From Reclinomonas americana ATCC 50394 (Eukaryota): a stretch of DNA of 35,226 nucleotides. The stretch lies in contig PS015178.1 of the NCBI GenBank assembly GCA_048213135.1, positions 57,950 through 93,175 on the forward strand, read 5' to 3'. Shown piece after piece: positions 1 to 11,818 of this stretch. The position numbers were made by a program, and so were the translations under genes. The notes under the pieces were generated by a model. That model was not told the origin of the DNA, did no database searches, and saw only the letters and a program-made list of their open reading frames with translations. Numbering within the stretch: the first letter of the stretch is position 1; each line of letters begins with the position of its first letter.

Positions 1-180
1 GGGGAAGGGGGATGGGGAGGGGAGGAAAGGGGATTGAGGAAGGGAAGGAGAGGAGTGTGTGTGTGAGTGTGTGAAAGAGGTGTGGTTGTGGCCGGATGTG
101 AAAAGAGAACGTGAAAGCGCAGTTGATACGTGCAGTCGAATGTGGTTGTGCGCCCTTGTCGTGGAAGGTTACAGTGAGTG

Positions 181-600
181 ATGTGAATGAGCGACTGGGT
201 AGTTGTATTCAAGTGCATTTGTTATTCAAGGCAGTAGAATGATGCTAGATGCGTGAAACATGCACTGTGGTGCACGTTGCCTGCTGCTGGCTCTGTTGTT
301 CAAGACAGTGGAATGTGGTTTGGTTGAAGGTTGATACTGCGTCGTAGTGAGGGACGTGAAATGAGCGAAGCTGGGTAGTTGTATGCGAGTGGTTCTGCCC
401 TTCCAAGACAGTTGAGGATGTGGTTGAGATGCAGGAAGAAGTGGTGATGTTGTATGTGCACTGCTGTTATTCTGTGAGTAACGTGAATGAGCGAAGCTTG
501 AGTCGAATGTTGAATTGGATGTGGTTGGGTGTGCGATGAAGTTGTTGTTTTGTTGTGCGTGCGAGTGGTTCTGCTGTTGTGGTTGCCCAGAATGTGGTGA
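181..600. repeat. Degenerate direct repeats in a probable intron
   Basis: GTGAA(A)TGAGCGA...GGGTAGTTGTAT recurs near 183, 356 and (partially) 484; GCGAGTGGTTCTGC near 385 and 561; several GAATGTGGTT/GATGTGGTT copies. Confidence 0.55.
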
Positions 601-642
601 TCAATTCTCTGTGATTCTGACCTTGCCTTTCCGCCATTGCAG

Positions 643-717
643 ATCAGCGACGACCTGGTGCGCGAGTCCGTGCAATACTGGATCGACATCAAGGCCTTCC
701 CGCCTCTCCTCCACTGA
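643..717 (+). CDS. Terminal exon of an unidentified gene that begins upstream of the window (ISDDLVRESVQYWIDIKAFPPLLH*)
   Basis: CTGAC branch-like motif, pyrimidine tract and TTGCAG acceptor (641-642), then a C/G-ending-codon frame to TGA at 715-717. Upstream sequence looks like a long repetitive intron. Product not recognised. Confidence 0.55.
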   Translation: MSDDLVRESVQYWIDIKAFPPLLH

Positions 718-912
718 AGCAGTGGTACCTCAAGTGTGTGTAAGAGCACCTCCACGGCATGACGTGCGCGTGCTTGTGGTGGTGGTGGTGGTTGGGTTCT
801 TTTGAGAAAAGTGAGAACAGGCACGCGCGGTCCGTCCGTGTCGCTGTCTCAGTGTGCGCAAATGTATGACATAACAGAAAAGCATCTCTTTGGTACATTC
901 TCTCGCTGTCGC

Positions 913-2316
913 TCACGACGACGATCGACTGCCGCTGTCCAAGCGTCGCAGCACTTCTATGATGTCGGCCAGACGCTGTGCATCGCTGACCAGCGGGCCG
1001 GTGACCACATCGCACGTGACGGAGCACGACACTTGGCCGGTGGCCGTGTTCAGCGAGAGGCGCAGGGGTGAGTGCATGCGGGCGTAGGCCTCGTGTTCCC
1101 CATCCACCGCCAGGTAACTGCACATGTGCATGTCGAGCGGGGTCACCATGGTGCGCACCTCCGCGCGACTCTTTCCCGGCTGTGGCAAGAAAAACACAAT
1201 AATGAGGACAGCACTCCTAGAGTCCGCGTTTTTTTTACATCGCTCTCACCTTTTCACGCGTCTGGTGCATCAGGGCAAATCGCTCATCTTGCAGCCGAAT
1301 GACCGCGCGACTGCGATCGCCCGGAGTGCGAATGGCAGACAGACGAGCCAACTGCAACAAACGGTGACGATGAGAAATACGAGAAAAAAGGAGTGAGACG
1401 GAAAGTGGCAAGTAGAGATCTGACCTCGCGCACGACATTCTCCTCTCGAGGGGTCGGCAGCGGAGTATGGCCGCCAATCAGCGTGACCAGATCACCCTGC
1501 GAGCACCACGTGACACTGCATGCATGCACGCGGCATGAGCATACACTTGTCTCGGACAAACTGCTGGACACAGACACACACACGCACACACCGTGACGAC
1601 AGGCCGCCTGTGGCTTTGACTTGCACTGGCTCACCGCTGTTGCTGCTGTCACTGGTTGTGTTGGCCAATCGCTTGGCATCAAACACGTGCTTGACAAGGC
1701 GCTGCGCCAAGACGTCGGGGACATCGAACTTGATTTTCTACACGACAGACAAGTCGCAGGAGTCAGCATGCACCAACGAGGCAGGAGCGTAGGCGAGGGG
1801 GGAGGGGGTGCGACGAACCTCCTTTGTGGACAGAGAACCGCTGAGTGCCAGGCTCGTCACCGGCGCTCGTCGTCTGCCATCAGCTGCAGTCAGCGACACT
1901 GACTGACCCAACTCCACGCTCTCTCCGCCGCCGACACACACGCACCTTATGCACTTGCCGAGGGAGATGAACGCCTCGCGCACCTCATCCACTGTCAAGT
2001 CCACATTGATCGACGACACTGTCTTGCTGGCCTTGGCCGGCTTGCTCTCCGCCGCCGCGGCCTTGCGTTCCTTGGGGCCGGAACTCGTCACCGCAACTGC
2101 CTTCTTCTTCTTCTTCGCCACCTGCTTGTCCTTGGGCGACACCGAGGAGCGCACGACATTCTTCTTCTTCTTCTGAGGTGCGTCGAAAGGAGAATTCTCT
2201 GCGGAGGCGACAACGAGAGGTGCGCTCTCCTCCTCGTCGGAGGGCTGGTCGAGAGAGATCTTGGAGGCAATCGCATGGCGACGGGCTTCTTGACGGGCGA
2301 GGCGCTTGAGAACCAT
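913..2316 (-). CDS. Multi-exon hypothetical protein with Lys-rich basic N-terminus (possible nuclear/nucleolar localisation)
   Basis: ATG at 2316 (MVLKRLARQEARRHA...KKKKN...KKKKKA). GT-AG introns join segments such as KIKFDVPDVLAQRLVKHVF, GDLVTLIGGHTPLP, LARLSAIRTPGDRSRAVIRLQDERF and PGKSRAEVRT...RRLDSGSRSSS*. No recognised domain; some internal boundaries are uncertain. Confidence 0.6.
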
Positions 2317-3248
2317 GGTGTGTTGTGTGTGTGCGTGCGTAAAAGGGCAGAAGGGAAATTGTGATGGCAAACCCCTCTGACGTCATGGATTGGGCGGGAG
2401 TCGTGATGCCGGAAAATTTACACGGCCACGCGTTGTGCTGTCAGTGACGATGGCGTGGTGAAGCAGAGGATCTTCGGCGGCATTCGCTGGTGATCTGATC
2501 TGCTGGCGACGCACATGCGGTATCTGTGCAAGTGTAAATATTCGAACACCAATTTGCAAAGCTGTATTCGAGTGATGCATGCAGGCGTTCGGAGTGGTTC
2601 CTGCTCGCGTGGCGCTGGCCACCGACGCCGCATCCTTGGTGACCATCGCTGGACGGGCTAGTGGTTTTGTGAATGCACAAGCGTTGGTTTCCTCTCGCAA
2701 AAACTCCAGCATTCGAGTGTTCGATTGCAGAATCTGGCCGTGAGTGCGCGACCCAGACGTGTGATCAAGGACTCATGCTCGTGTGCTGCAAGCAGGAAGT
2801 GTTTTGGTCGTCACCAATCGCAAAACGACGCCGTGGGTCGGAATCATAGTGCAATATTTGCCGCAAACGATGTACGAGCTCTGCCCCTTCTCCAGCGCAC
2901 CTCTCTCCGTCTTGACCGACCGCATGTACCGCTCTCCTTATTGCCTGTCTCGGCGTGTGCAGTTTGTCGTTGCACCATCATGTTCACATGCACCCGCCTT
3001 TGTTCGAAAGAGCGCACGGATCCGGACTTGCCAGATTCGTGCATCACGCCTCCGCTGCACACTCACACACGCACAATCATGCTCCTCTCCTGCACCCACC
3101 CCCTCTCTCACACACACAGATCGCACAACACAAGAACCTCGCACACGCGCGCGTTTGTGTGTCGTTTGCCAAGAAAGGTAATGATTAGGCATTGTTCCGA
3201 TCGGTCGGACTGACTCTCTACGCAAAACAACAACGCAATCCAAGCGCC

Positions 3249-6200
3249 ATGAGTGACGCGTCCCCGACACGCGGCTCGCCTTCTCCAGGCAAGCGCCTGG
3301 TGAAACGCAAGAAGCTCGTGCGGCGTCGCGTCTCCGGCGCCACCGACGACTCACAGTCACCTCCGCCTCCTCCCACAACAACAACATCAGCCACAGACGA
3401 CACCACCAGTGGCGCACGCAAGCTGCAACGCACTCGTCCTCCATCGCTGCAGCAACCATCGTCAGAGCCGCGCGTGCAAGTCTCGTTGCAAGGCGTGGTG
3501 CGTCAAAGTGTGGTGTGTGTGATTGGCCATGAGCTTCGGACGCGCGCTCACTCTCTCTCTCTCTCTCTCTCTCTCTCAGGTCTCCACTCCCGGTGGCTCT
3601 CTGATCAAGAGCTCTGCGCGCGATGAGACGCTCCCGTACAAGCGCACCTCGCTGGCTGCGCTCACGCCCTCCATCTATGGCTCACAGTCGTCGTCGTCAT
3701 CACGCGCTGCTGGCAAGTCGGCTTCTTCCTCTGCTGCTGCTGCTGCGTCGTCTGCGGATGAGGATGAGGGTGCGCGTGCTCGCGGCGGCGCGCGGAAGCA
3801 GCGTGGTAGCGGTGATGGTGGTGGTGGATCGAGTGGAGGTGGTGCGGGTGGAAGCAGCTGGGAGAGCAGTGGTGATGATACGCTGAATGACATTGGTGCG
3901 GATGCGTGTGTGTGTGCGTGTGCGTGTGTGTGGGGGGGCTGATTGTCTGTTTGTGTGGGGTCTTGATCTTTCATTCTCGTTCTCTCCGTCGTTTGTCTTC
4001 ACTCATTCGCACCGTGCTCTCTGTGCCGTTCTCTCTTCCTTGCGCTCACTGTCCCTCTCTTGGTGTGTTCTTGGTGACGAGTACGAGATTTAGGCGTCGG
4101 ATAAGTCGTCACCGGAGTCCGACATAGTCGTTGAATGGGTCTCGCATTCTTTGTCTCACTCACACGCATGCTCTCCAACTCTTCCCTGTCTCTCCCTTGT
4201 TCTCCCTCGTCCTCTCTTCGTGCGTCCTTGGTGACGATTGAGTAGTTTAGGCGTTGGATAAGTCGTCACCTGAGTCCGACATAGTTGGATTGAGTGCACC
4301 TCCTCTTTCTCGCTCTCCTTCCCCACTCTCTCACCATCTCTCTCTCTTTCATTTGCGCACAGCCAACGAGATTGTGGACGCGGCGCTCGTGCAAGGATGG
4401 GATCCGACATCGGCGTCCAAGGATCGCCCGTTTGATTTGGTGTCGGCGGAGGGACTGCTGTCGTTGTGCCATCGTGTGGAGCGCCTGTTGGCGCGCGAGC
4501 CCACGGTGGTCGAGCTGCCGGTGCCGTGCAAGGTACGAGTGTCCCCTTGGGCCACACGCATGATTGCTCTCTGCTCACTCTTGCTGGTGTGTGCGTAGAT
4601 CTTTGGCGATGTGCACGGGCAGATTGTGGACCTCCTCGACCTGTTCGCGACGTTTGGCCGGCCCAACACCATGAATGGCGACATGGGCTTTGTCAACTAC
4701 CTCTTCCTCGGCAACTACGTTGGTCGCGGCTGCTACTCGCTGGAGGTCATTACGCTGCTGCTGGCCATCAAGGCGTTGCATCCGCACAAGGTGTGCCTGC
4801 TGCGCGGCGCACACGAGGACGCACACGTCAACGAGGTAACTTTTCAACTGGTTCCCTCCACGCGTGTGCGCGCCGGCTGCTCATTTCTTCTCATTCTGTG
4901 TAGGAGGATGGCTTCTTGGGCGAGTGCACCACGCGCCTCGGTGCCGACAAGGGTCGTGCCGTGTGGGAGCGTCTCAACGAGTTGTTCGAGTGGTTCCCGC
5001 TCGGCTGCCGAGTGGCCGACGAGATCTTTGCGGTGCATGCCGGCATTGGTCGCTCCATCACCGACACGCAACAGCTGGCGGCCATCAAGAAGCCGATTCG
5101 TGCTCCCAACGGACCAATCATGAACGACACGGAGCGCGTCGTGTTTGACGCGCTGTGGAGCGATCCAACTGGTGTGTGTGTGTTTCTCAATCATTTTCTC
5201 GCTGAGTGGGGCAGTATCCCATCGATGCGGTTTTTGTCTCTGCATGCCTGTCACTGTTTCTTCACTCGTCTTCCTTCTCGCTCTCCCTCCCCCCTCCTCC
5301 CTCTCCGTTTCCGTCTCCCTCTCTCTCTCTCCCTCTCCCCTTCCCTCTCCCTCTCCCCTTCCCCTTTCTTTCTCCCTCTCCTTCTCGCTCTCCCTCTCCT
5401 TCTCCCTCTCCTTCTCCTTCTCTCTCCTTCCCCCTTTCCTCCCTCTCCTTCTCCCTCTCTTTCTCCCTCCCTTCCCCTTTCCTCCTTCCCCCTTTCCCCC
5501 TCCCTTCCCCTTTTCCTCCTTCTTCTTCACCCCTCTCATCACCCGCGTGTCACAGAAACCGACCGCCTCGTCGGCACATTCCACAACCCGCGTCGCGCCG
5601 GCAACGAGTACATTGTGTACGGCATTGACCGCTCCAAGGAGTTTTGCGAGAAGAACTCGCTGCGGCTCATTGTGCGCAGCCACGAGTGTGTCGATGGTGA
5701 GTCGTCGCCGCACTACGCGCTCTCTCTCTCCCTTCTCTCCCCGCGCGGCTTCTGACTGTCTCCCCGCAGCCGGCTTTGAGTTCTGCTCCCGCGGTCTCGT
5801 GCTGACGCTGTTCACGGCTAGCAACTACGGCAACCGGTATCCCAACAACTCGGCGCAGTTGGACGTCATCCGCAACCGCGTCACTGGCAAGCTCGAGATG
5901 CGCGCCAACGTGCTCGAGCCGCGCAAGGCGGCGCCTGGCAGCGCACCGCTGTGGGATGTTGCGTGTGTATATGCTTGTCTGTGTACTGTGTATTGTGAAA
6001 TGGCGTTTTGCTAAATGCACGCCTCCCACGACACAGATGTCCGTGCGTCGCCCGCCGACTCCCCCGCGTGGACACACGGAGGACTCGCCGCGCTACGTGT
6101 TCCGCGAGCCGCAGGAGTCGCGGCGCTCGGTGACCGAGTCCATGCTGGCCGGCCCGCCCACGTCGGTGCCGGGCTCTCCGATTGGTGGCGACTCGGGTCC

Positions 6201-9200
6201 AGTTGCGTTTCTCATCATCTCTCTTAAAGTCTCTCTTCTGTCCTCGCTGACCTCACACTCTCCTCCAGGGCTCTGCTCGCGGCCGCCCACGCGACCGTGC
6301 CTGCTGGTCCTACGACCTGACGTACCCGCCACCGGCACCTGAGTCGCTGGCACTCGAGTGGACACCAACGCAGTCGCCGCGCTCGTCGCGAAGCACGCCG
6401 CAGAGCAGTGCGAGCTCCATTCAGACGCACGACGCTTCGAATGGCGTCGGACCGAGTGGCGCCGCCAATGGCCACAAGCTGCGCACGCAGACCAATGGCG
6501 ACCATCCCGCCCACCGCACCTCCTCGGGCACGCTCACCAAGGAGATGCGTGCCATGTTTACCAAGCCGCAGCCGCAATCACCGGTGGTCCCTCCGCTGGC
6601 GACGGCCACGGCGGCGGCCCTGGCGCAGACTCCGGGCACACCCGGTGGCCCGAACTCGCCGGCCACCAATTTCGATTCGCCGGCGTCGACGGCCTCCGCA
6701 GACAGCTCCAGCGACATTGACATGCGCACCGCGCTCAAGTTCCTCAGCGAGGCCGGCGTCACGCTGGAGATGGTGCGCGACGCTCGGCGCATATTCCGAC
6801 TGGCGGCCGGTGCGAAGCGCGACGATCCGGTGCGCACCTCGGAGCTTCGTCTGGACGAGGCCACGGTGACTCGCATCCTGGTCAAGTACGGCGTGAGCCA
6901 CCGGTACGGACGGCAGTACTTCAAGGCCTTTGATCGCGAGAAGAACGGACGCGTTAACTTCCAGAACTTCCTCGTGGCACTGGTGGCCATGGACCCCTCC
7001 ACTCCGCACAAGCTCAATTCGGTGACTGGCGACTTGCGCCTGACGTTTGTGTTTGACACGTACCGCCCGAAGGGTTTGTTTGACTGTTTTCTTTCAGTCT
7101 CGCCGTGTTTGTTGCTGGCTCACTCACCTGCTGCCTTTGCTCATCCTGCAGGCGTGAATTATGTCGAATACCACGGCTTGCGTCACTTGGTTCGACACAT
7201 TCTGCGTGCGTCGCTCGACGAGGCATCGTCGGATGTGGTGGAGCATGAAGTAGAGGCGCTCATCACCGGCCTGCAACGGCAAACTGGCGCACCCACTCGC
7301 GAGGTTTGCTGTGCATGCAGCGATGCTTGGTGAATTGTGTGACACTCATCTGCTCAAATCGTCGCAGCTGTTCTACCTTGACGAGTTCAAGGAGGCGATT
7401 CGCAAGGGCCTCCTCAGTGGCACCACTCACCTCTTCCGACTGATCAAGTCACCATTCCGCACTCGCAACAAGCCACCACACGCGGGCGAGAGCGAGTCGC
7501 GGCCAGTGTCGCGACCCATCACCCCCGGACAGTTGCGTCGCACCACAAGTCACCAACTGATTTCGCTCATCAACTCACTCTTACTCTCTCTGCAGAGTTC
7601 CGGATCTTTCACCACGCTCCAGTGCCTCATCACTGCGTGGTGCCGACGGGCAGGCGCCACACACGCCGCGCACGTTGGACTTTTATGAGAGCGAGCGCGA
7701 ACGAATTCAGGCCACAAGGTTGACGGAGGACGTTTTCAGCGACACGTTTGACGAGGGCCTGCAGCGTCGCGCCTCCTCGATGATCATGTCGCCCATGTCG
7801 TCGGGCTCGTCCCGCATGCCCATGTCACCCACTGGCAGCTCTCCACCGCCGTGGCCACCGGCGAGTAACAAGACCAAGGAGGGCTACCGTATCCCACTGC
7901 CGCCGCAGCGCGCGTTGCCGTCCAAGCCAGACTTTGAGGAGCTGATGCCATCGCCACGCACGCGCGCCATTCTCGATGCGCCCGCTTCACCGCGTGGCAC
8001 ATCACCGAGCCCGACCAGTCCGTTTGCCGCCAGCCCGCCTTCCGGCTCTGGGCTGCCGGGTCTGCTGGATTCACCACGCGGTGTCACGTCCCCGACCACC
8101 CGTGCGCAGATGCCGTTCTCGACTGCAAATGCTGCCGTCTCCCGTTCCGGCATCCCGGCATTCGGCAGTGGCGTCACGGGTGTGGCGCCTCCCATTTCGC
8201 CTCGTGGTCTGCCCTCGGTGGCCGCTCCGCCACTGTCCCCTCGCGGTGTACCGCCCGCCGCCGCGGTGCTGCTGCCGAATGCCGGAGCACCGCTCTCACC
8301 ACGCGGCGTGTCGCCGCACGCCATGGCCGCTCTGCCAGTGGTGCCGCTGTCGCCGCGATCGGTACCCACGACGACGCCAGTGCGAGCAAATGCATTCCCC
8401 GCACTGCTGCCGTCGCCTCGTGGGGCACCGTCAGCCGCACCAGAGGGTGCTGTGGCAGCCGTGGTGGCGCCGCCGCTGCCCAAGTTGCCGCCGACAATGC
8501 CGTGCCCAACCGGCGTACCTGCGTCGCCACCGACCCCGCCGCCACAGCGAGGTTGGTTATTAGTCATCTTTGTGTTTTTATCTCTTGTTGGAAACTCACA
8601 TGTCGNNNNNNNNNNNNNNNNNNNNNNNNNNNNNNNNNNNNNNNNNNNNNNNNNNNNNNNNNNNNNNNNNNNNNNNNNNNCACGCTGCGCAGCCACTCCG
8701 CCATCGCCGCGTGACTCGCCACGCTCACCGCGTGATTCACCACGCGGTCAAACGGCCCGCGAGATTCTGGCCAAGCTGGGTACGGCGGCACCGGCACTGC
8801 CGACGGCGTCGATGCCAGCACTCCCCATGCCGCGCACTCTGCCGGCGGCGACACGCACGACCAGCCAACCGCTGGTGCCCAGCCAGTCGTCGTCACAGCC
8901 AATGCAGCCGGTGGCACGCGCTGTCTCGGAGAACCTCAACACGAGGGTGTTTGGCGTCGACCCGGCGCTGACACATCGTGTGCCTTACACGGGTTCGGAT
9001 TCGAGTGCACTTGATGTGTGTGTGNNNNNNNNNNNNNNNNNNNNNNNNNNNNNNNNNNNNNNNNNNNNNNNNNNNNNNNNNNNNNNNNNNNNNNNNNNNN
9101 NNNNNNNNNNNNNNNNNNNNNNNNNNNNNNNNNNNNNNNNNNNNNNNNNNNNNNNNNNNNNNNNNNNNNNNNNNNNNNNNNNNNNNNNNNNNNNNNNNNN

Positions 9201-9845
9201 NNNNNNNNNNCGTGTGTTTGCGTATCTCACATTGCAGTTCGCAGACTCTATCATGGTACCGCAGGCCCTGATGCTGTTATTCAAGTTCCTGCAAGGCATC
9301 AAGGGGTTCGCGCAAGAAAAGATCTTCCAGTGTGAGGCGCCCAATCGCGAAGAGTACGAGACCACCAAGGCCGTGCTCGACCGTGGCTCGAAGCGTCTGC
9401 CGTGCCAGTTGGTGCACACGGCGGCGGCCCTCATCAAGGCCTACTTCAAGGAGCTGCCTGTCAAGCTGCTCCCGCTGACTGTGGCCGACCTCGATAGTTG
9501 CGCGCGCAAGAAAGAAATAGTGGGAAAGCTTCGCTTTGCTGACTTGTGCCTGCAGACATGGACCCGGAGAGCATGGAAGCGGCGGAGCGCGTTGTACGCA
9601 GCCTTCCGCCTGTGTCGCAGGATCTGTTGTTGTGGTTGCTCGACGTGCTGGGCATGGTCGCCGAGGAGTACGATTCCTCAAGAATGGACTCGAGCACTCT
9701 CGGCTACGTGATGGCACCGTCGCTGGTCGAGTGCCGTACCCTCGTCGAGCGCGACGTGGTGACGGTCGTCAACAAGACCGGAAGCCTGATTGGCACAATG
9801 ATCCGCTGGCGTGCGCTGACCGCCTACAGCAAGCTTGTCAGATAA
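3249..9845 (+). CDS. Multidomain protein: PPKL/BSU1-like PPP-family (pseudo)phosphatase, EF-hand-like pair, Pro/Ser-rich SPR-repeat linker, RhoGAP-like domain
   Basis: ATG 3249, TAA 9843-9845, with phase-consistent GT-AG introns throughout; both N-gaps fall inside introns. PPP motifs: IFGDVHGQ, YLFLGNYVGRG, LRGAHE, VHAGIGRSI, LWSDP, IVRSHECV, LFTASNY. EF-hand-like loop: FKAFDREKNGRVNFQNF. RhoGAP signatures: VFGV, EKIFQ, AALIKAYFKELP, SRMDSSTLGYVMAPSL. Confidence 0.8.
4070..4284. repeat. Two copies (4070-4127 and 4227-4284) of a ~58-nt self-complementary element inside intron 2 of the phosphatase-fusion gene
   Basis: CTTGGTGACGA...TTTAGGCGTYGGATAAGTCGTCACCKGAGTCCGACATAG occurs twice at an offset of 157 nt. 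Confidence 0.85.
5268..5536. repeat. Polypyrimidine (CT-rich) low-complexity tract in an intron
   Basis: Almost pure C/T sequence between the SDPT donor (about 5172) and the CACAG acceptor (about 5555). Confidence 0.9.
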
Positions 9846-10289
9846 TATTCTCTCTCTCCCCCTCTCCTCTGTCTTTCCTCTCTCTTCTCAAATGTGCGCT
9901 GTTTACGTATTCGTGTAATTTTGTGTTGTGTGATGTGTGTGATGGGTGGTCATTGTGATGAAAAAATTGTGGCGCTCTCTATCAGTGCGTGTGCCCTTCC
10001 TTGCACGAACTAGCCGCCTCCCCTTGCGGTTATCGATTTTTGCTCTGTGGAGTTTTTCTTTTTTTCTCTCGCGTCGTGATTGTGTCTATATGAGTGCGTC
10101 TCTGTGTTGCTGCCGCGTTCTGAATGCCGCCGAAGGGCGTGCCGAGTCCGAAGCAATAAAGCTGCGACACTGTTTGCGAGAAGATATTGTCGAGGAGGAT
10201 GTACTAAGTACGGTTGTGTCGCCAATGGTGACTACTCTCGTCTCATGCGCGGTCAATCTATGTTGCCAAAATGGGGCGAGAAAAAACTA

Positions 10290-10819
10290 CTATGCGCGAC
10301 CACCCGTAATGTCGGTGAGTCGCACGCCACGCCGCCTGCTGGTGTCGTCGGCCGATTCCAGCTTGGCCAGTGCCTTGAAGGTGGCCTTCACGACATTCAA
10401 CTGCGTGCGGCGTCCCACAATCTTGGAATTCAGATCCTGAATGCCCAGCACCTGCCACAAACGCGATGTAAGCACCAACCCTCGCCAACCCACTCCATCA
10501 CGAGGCTCTGACGCAACACCACAAATGGCAGCAACCGCGCGCTGCGCCTTGATGCCGGAGGCAGGCTTGGCCGGGCGTAGCTTCACCTTGGTCTCAATGT
10601 ACTCGGCGTCGACCTCGTACGCAATGGTTCGGTTCTCGTAGCGATCGACAAAGCGCAGATTGCGGAACAAGTGCAAGCAGGCGCGACCCACTGCGGACTC
10701 GGCGTCCTCGCCCTACGGGAGAGAAGGGGGAAGGTATTGAGGATTGAAGGGGAAGGAATAGGAGAGAAGAAGGGTATGACTAGATGTTCTCTGTCTCTCT
10801 CTGTATGCATGCATGAATG

Positions 10820-10856
<37 letters not shown>

Positions 10857-11773
10857 CTCATTCTTGCTCTCTTCTATTCCTATTTCCGCTGCGTCCCACT
10901 TCACTCTGTGTATGCACGTTCTTTATTGAGAGAGTGTGTGCCCGCCTGTATGACTTGCCTTGCGCTCCTCCACCATCTCCTCCCTCTTCCGCTCCCCCCT
11001 TCTGTCTGTCTGTCTCAGTCTCGCTCTTTTTCTCCTCTTTCTCTCTCTCTCTCATTCTGCCTGTCTAACTGTCTCAGTCTTGCTGCCTTCCATTCCACTG
11101 TCTCCCTTTTCTGCAGCCTCTCTCTCTCCTCTCTCTGCATGTACGTTTGCTTGTTTAAATGTGCGTGCCTGTCGGTCTGTGCCCTCTTCCACACACACTC
11201 TCTCTCCCTCTCCCTCTGAGAGGGTGTACATACGTTTGTTTTGGTGTCTGTCTGTCTCCGCCTTGCTCTTTTCCCTCCTCCTGATCTCATACTCTCCCAC
11301 TTTCTCTCTTCGCACCTTGCCAAATCCAAATCCACCAAGCCCATTGTTGTTGCCACCGACAATGACCGCATTGGCGCTCATCACACGGCCGCCGCGCTCG
11401 ACCTTGGTCACGCGATTGATCTCCACCACACGAATCTCGCTGATCGGGTGCTCCAGCTGCGTGTGCTGCTGGTGATGCTCCAGTGCACGCTGCGCCACGC
11501 GCAACACGTGCTCGTCAATCGCCGCCTGCTGCTGCTGTGCGTCGTTCGCCACATCGTCGCTGTCGTCCTCGACAGCCGAGGATGATGATGATGATGAAGG
11601 GACCTGGTGCAACGGGAGGGATGAGAGGGGGGAGGAGGGAAGAGAGAGAGATAGAACAGCATGCGAGAGAGAGAGAGAGAATGAGAGAATGAGACCAATG
11701 ACTGGCGCTTGGTGGAAACGTTAGGAACGTGAGAGAGTAAGAATGAATGCACTGTGCCTAACGGGAAGAGAGG

Positions 11774-11818
<45 letters not shown>

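Noticed and set aside
4070-4284. Repeat pair as CRISPR array, C/D or H/ACA snoRNA, or known ribozyme
   Set aside because: Only two copies in a eukaryotic intron with no cas genes. The D box (CTGA) is present only in copy 2, the hairpin before ACA is too short for H/ACA, and hammerhead or HDV core elements are absent.
9846-10289. Possible ncRNA or small ORF between the RhoGAP fusion and uS5m
   Set aside because: No tRNA, snRNA or snoRNA motifs or coding signature recognised; most simply explained as convergent 3' UTRs.
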